Positions 61,434-64,000 of a stretch of 64,000 bases of DNA are shown piece after piece. Every line of letters begins with the position of its first letter. Within the stretch, counting starts at the first letter, position 1. The notes beneath the pieces were generated by a model. The model was not told where the DNA came from. It saw only the letters and a list, made by a program, of their open reading frames with translations, and searched no databases. The position numbers were made by a program, and so were the translations under genes. Location of the stretch: assembly GCA_965228475.1 (NCBI GenBank), contig OZ245817.1:4480001-4544000 (forward strand). The letters run 5' to 3'. This DNA is from Myxococcota bacterium (GTDB lineage: Bacteria; Myxococcota_A; UBA9160; JAFDDA01).

Positions 61434-61918
61434 AGACCCTGCTTCGCATTCTCGGTCTCGGGCTCCTGGTCGTTCTGATCGGGACCGCGGGGCTGGCCAT
61501 CGCCGCGCGCTTCAACGACGGCCCGCTCGCGATCTTCGCAGGGGGCCCTTTCTCGGAGGGGGAACTCGTCGAGCTGACCTGGCACGACGCGACGTTCCTG
61601 GCCGACGTCGAAGAGCTCGAGTGGCAGCTCGAGGAACCCCCGCGCTCGCGCATCACCTGGGTCGTCGTCCACGACCGCATGGCCTACATCCCGTGCGGCA
61701 TGCCCGAGTTCCGGCTCTGGAAGCAGTGGCCCCACGAGGCGGTGCAGGACGGGCGCGCCATCTTCCGGATCGACGGGAAGCTCCACCGGCGCCATCTCGT
61801 GAAGGTCGACGACCCTGCGCTCGAAGCGAAGCTTCGCACCCAGACCGGCGAGAAGTACGGCGTCGAGGACTACCCGGGCGAACTCTGGTTCTTCCGCGTC
61901 GATCCGCGGCGGGGCTAG
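61430..61918 (+). CDS. Hypothetical membrane-anchored protein
   Basis: N-terminal TM; DGPLAIFAGG; ATGA overlap with the upstream gene. Confidence 0.75.
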   Translation: MKTLLRILGLGLLVVLIGTAGLAIAARFNDGPLAIFAGGPFSEGELVELTWHDATFLADVEELEWQLEEPPRSRITWVVVHDRMAYIPCGMPEFRLWKQWPHEAVQDGRAIFRIDGKLHRRHLVKVDDPALEAKLRTQTGEKYGVEDYPGELWFFRVDPRRG

Positions 61919-61930
61919 CGCGGCAGGCCG

Positions 61931-63280
61931 CTACCCGGCGGCGCGCACGCTCTCGCCGAGGATGTCGAGCAGCTCCTCGAGATCCTCGTCCGGGATGTTC
62001 ACGGAAGGCGTCACGTAGACCACGTTCCCGAGCGGCCGCAGGTAGGCCCCGCGCCGCCGCGCCTCCTCGAAGACCCGCCAGCCCGCCTCGGCCAGGTACC
62101 CGGAAGCCCCCGCCAGATCGAGAGCGCCGATCATGCCGAGCGTTCGCACGCGCTCGACGTGGGGCAGTCGGCCGAGCTCGCGGAAGGTGCGCGCGATCTT
62201 TTCGGCCTTGCCCTTCGCCTGATCGATCACCCGCTCCTCTTCGAACACGTCGAGGACGGCCAGGGCGACGGCGGCGCCGAGCGGGTTTCCGCAGAAGGTG
62301 TGCCCGTAGTAGAAGGCACGGTCGTTCTCGCCGAGGAAACCTTCGAAGATGCGGGACGAAGAGATCGTCGCCGCCATCGGGAGCGTTCCGCCGACGAACC
62401 CCTTCGCCATGCACAGGACGTCCGGGGCGACCCCGGCGTGATCCGCCGCCCACATGGGCCCGGTGCGGCCGTAGCCCGTGAAGACCTCGTCGAAGATCAG
62501 GAACGTGTCGTGCGCGTCGCAGATCTCGCGGGCGCGGCGCAGGTACTCCGCGTCGTAGATCCGCATGCCCGAAGCGCCCTGCACCATCGGCTCGAGCACG
62601 ACGGCGGCGATGCGGTCGGCGTGGCGTGCGACGGTCTCCGCGAGGGCCTCGGCCGCCGCCTCCGCACCGACGGCCGGATCGCCCGGCGAAGGAACGTGGT
62701 GGCACTCGAGCAGCGCGCCCTCGAAGGGCTTGCGGAACACCTCGACCCCGCCGAGGGCCGTCACGCCGAGGGTCTCCCCGTGGAAGGCGCCCTCGAGGGA
62801 GACGAAGGCCTTTCGTCCGGGCCGCTCGTTCTGCGCCCAGAACTGGATCACCTGCTTCATCGCGACCTCGACCGAGGTCGAGCCGTTGTCGCTGAAGAAG
62901 ACGTGGTCGAGCCCTTCGGGTGCGATCTTCGAAAGCCGCGCCGCGAGCTCCGCGGCCGGCGCGTGGGTGATGCCGGCGAGCGCCGCATGGCAGAGCTTGT
63001 CCGCCTGGTCCTTCAGCGCCGCGACCACGCGCGGATGGTTGTGGCCGAGGGTCGAGGTCCACCAGGAGGCGTTGCCGTCGATGTAGCTGCTGCCGTCGAC
63101 GTCGTGGAGACGGACCCCGGAGGCGCGCTTCACCACGATCGGGTCGATCCGCTTCCGGTAGTCGTCCATCGCCGTGTAGGGGTGCCAGAGGCACTCCTTG
63201 TCGAGGGCGACGATGTTCTCGCGCTCGCCGGGGATCACACCCCCCGGCGAGCCGCCCTTGTCACGTTCGTCCCGTGACAC
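61931..63280 (-). CDS. bioA: Adenosylmethionine-8-amino-7-oxononanoate aminotransferase
   Basis: LWHPYT, ASWW, DNGSTSVEVAMK, FDEVFTGYGRTG, AKG, LRPLGN. Confidence 0.93.
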   Translation of the reverse strand: MSRDERDKGGSPGGVIPGERENIVALDKECLWHPYTAMDDYRKRIDPIVVKRASGVRLHDVDGSSYIDGNASWWTSTLGHNHPRVVAALKDQADKLCHAALAGITHAPAAELAARLSKIAPEGLDHVFFSDNGSTSVEVAMKQVIQFWAQNERPGRKAFVSLEGAFHGETLGVTALGGVEVFRKPFEGALLECHHVPSPGDPAVGAEAAAEALAETVARHADRIAAVVLEPMVQGASGMRIYDAEYLRRAREICDAHDTFLIFDEVFTGYGRTGPMWAADHAGVAPDVLCMAKGFVGGTLPMAATISSSRIFEGFLGENDRAFYYGHTFCGNPLGAAVALAVLDVFEEERVIDQAKGKAEKIARTFRELGRLPHVERVRTLGMIGALDLAGASGYLAEAGWRVFEEARRRGAYLRPLGNVVYVTPSVNIPDEDLEELLDILGESVRAAG

Positions 63281-63283
63281 GCG

Positions 63284-64000
63284 CTAGAGCACGGCCTCGG
63301 CGAGAACGCGGAGGGAGTCGGGCCGGGCGCCGCCGATCAGCATGTCGGTGACGGGCGATTCCTTCCACGCGGCGAGCCGGTCCCGGATGCGGTCCGCCGG
63401 GCCGACCAGGGCGACCTCGTCGACGAGCGAGTCCGGCACGGCCGCGAGCGCTTCGCCCTTCTTCCCGTCGAGGTAGAGATCCTGGATCGTCTTGGCCTCG
63501 GCCTCGTAGCCGAGGCGGATGGCGTAGTCGTTGTAGAAGTTCTTGCCGCGCGCGCCCATGCCGCCGATGTAGAGCGAGAGCATGCCCTTCACCGGCACCC
63601 GGCACTGGTCGAGATCGTCGCCCATCACGCAGGTCACGAACGGCGCGATCGAGAAGTCGGCGAGGCTCTTGCCGCCGCCGGCCTTCGCGAAGCCCTTCTC
63701 GAGCGCGGGCTCGAGCAGGTCGAAGCGCTCGGGGTTCATCCAGACGGGAATCAGCCCGTCGGCGACCTCGGCGCTGCACGCGATCCCCGCCGGCCCGATC
63801 GACGCCGTGAAGATCGGCAGGTCTGCGCGGCCGTGCAGGATGCTCTTCAGCGGCTTGCCGAGACCCGAGGACTTCGGCCCGTCGTAGGGCACCTGGTAGT
63901 GCTCGCCCTTGTGCTCGACCGGCGCTTCGCGCGCGAAGATCTTGCGCAGGATGTCGATGTACTCGCGCGTGCGCGTGAGCGGCTTCCCGTAGGCCGTGCC
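63284..64000 (-). CDS. LLM-class (F420/flavin-dependent) oxidoreductase; 5' end beyond the window
   Basis: Frame open to base 64000: KPLTRTREYIDILRK, GLGKPLKSI, LYIGGMGA..NFYN. Confidence 0.88.
   Translation of the reverse strand, partial: GTAYGKPLTRTREYIDILRKIFAREAPVEHKGEHYQVPYDGPKSSGLGKPLKSILHGRADLPIFTASIGPAGIACSAEVADGLIPVWMNPERFDLLEPALEKGFAKAGGGKSLADFSIAPFVTCVMGDDLDQCRVPVKGMLSLYIGGMGARGKNFYNDYAIRLGYEAEAKTIQDLYLDGKKGEALAAVPDSLVDEVALVGPADRIRDRLAAWKESPVTDMLIGGARPDSLRVLAEAVL

Overview
A GC-rich (roughly 70% by eye), gene-dense bacterial chromosomal segment with about 56 protein-coding genes, mostly housekeeping or metabolic (M20 and M1 peptidases, plsB-like acyltransferase, egtD, sucA, CoA-transferase, GGT, bcp-gcvR, ltaE, FKBP, fdhD-fdhF/ydeP, bioA, transporters). 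I saw no rRNA, tRNA, CRISPR array, transposase, integrase or phage gene. Gene content (DUF6178-like protein, tandem pilT, CarH-type regulator) suggests a Myxococcota/deltaproteobacterial lineage; this is inference only. Highlights: (1) a monocistronic prokaryotic histone-fold gene with a Lys/Arg-rich N-terminal tail (46890-47108); (2) a B12-photoreceptor CarH/LitR-type repressor behind an AT-rich palindromic operator, heading an operon with a group-2-like sigma70 factor and lipid/membrane genes (5271-10237); (3) a sigma28-like promoter motif TCAAS-N16-CCGAT upstream of four genes; (4) frequent TAnnnT-N6-8-start arrangements suggesting widespread leaderless mRNAs; (5) a large secreted protein with a likely BPI/LBP (TULIP) fold behind a sigma54-type promoter; (6) a 25-bp perfect inverted-repeat element, short duplications of gene ends, and a frameshifted ATPase. 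All family calls come from motif recognition without database searches; many start codons are best guesses, and most long ORFs in the supplied track are GC-rich shadow frames.
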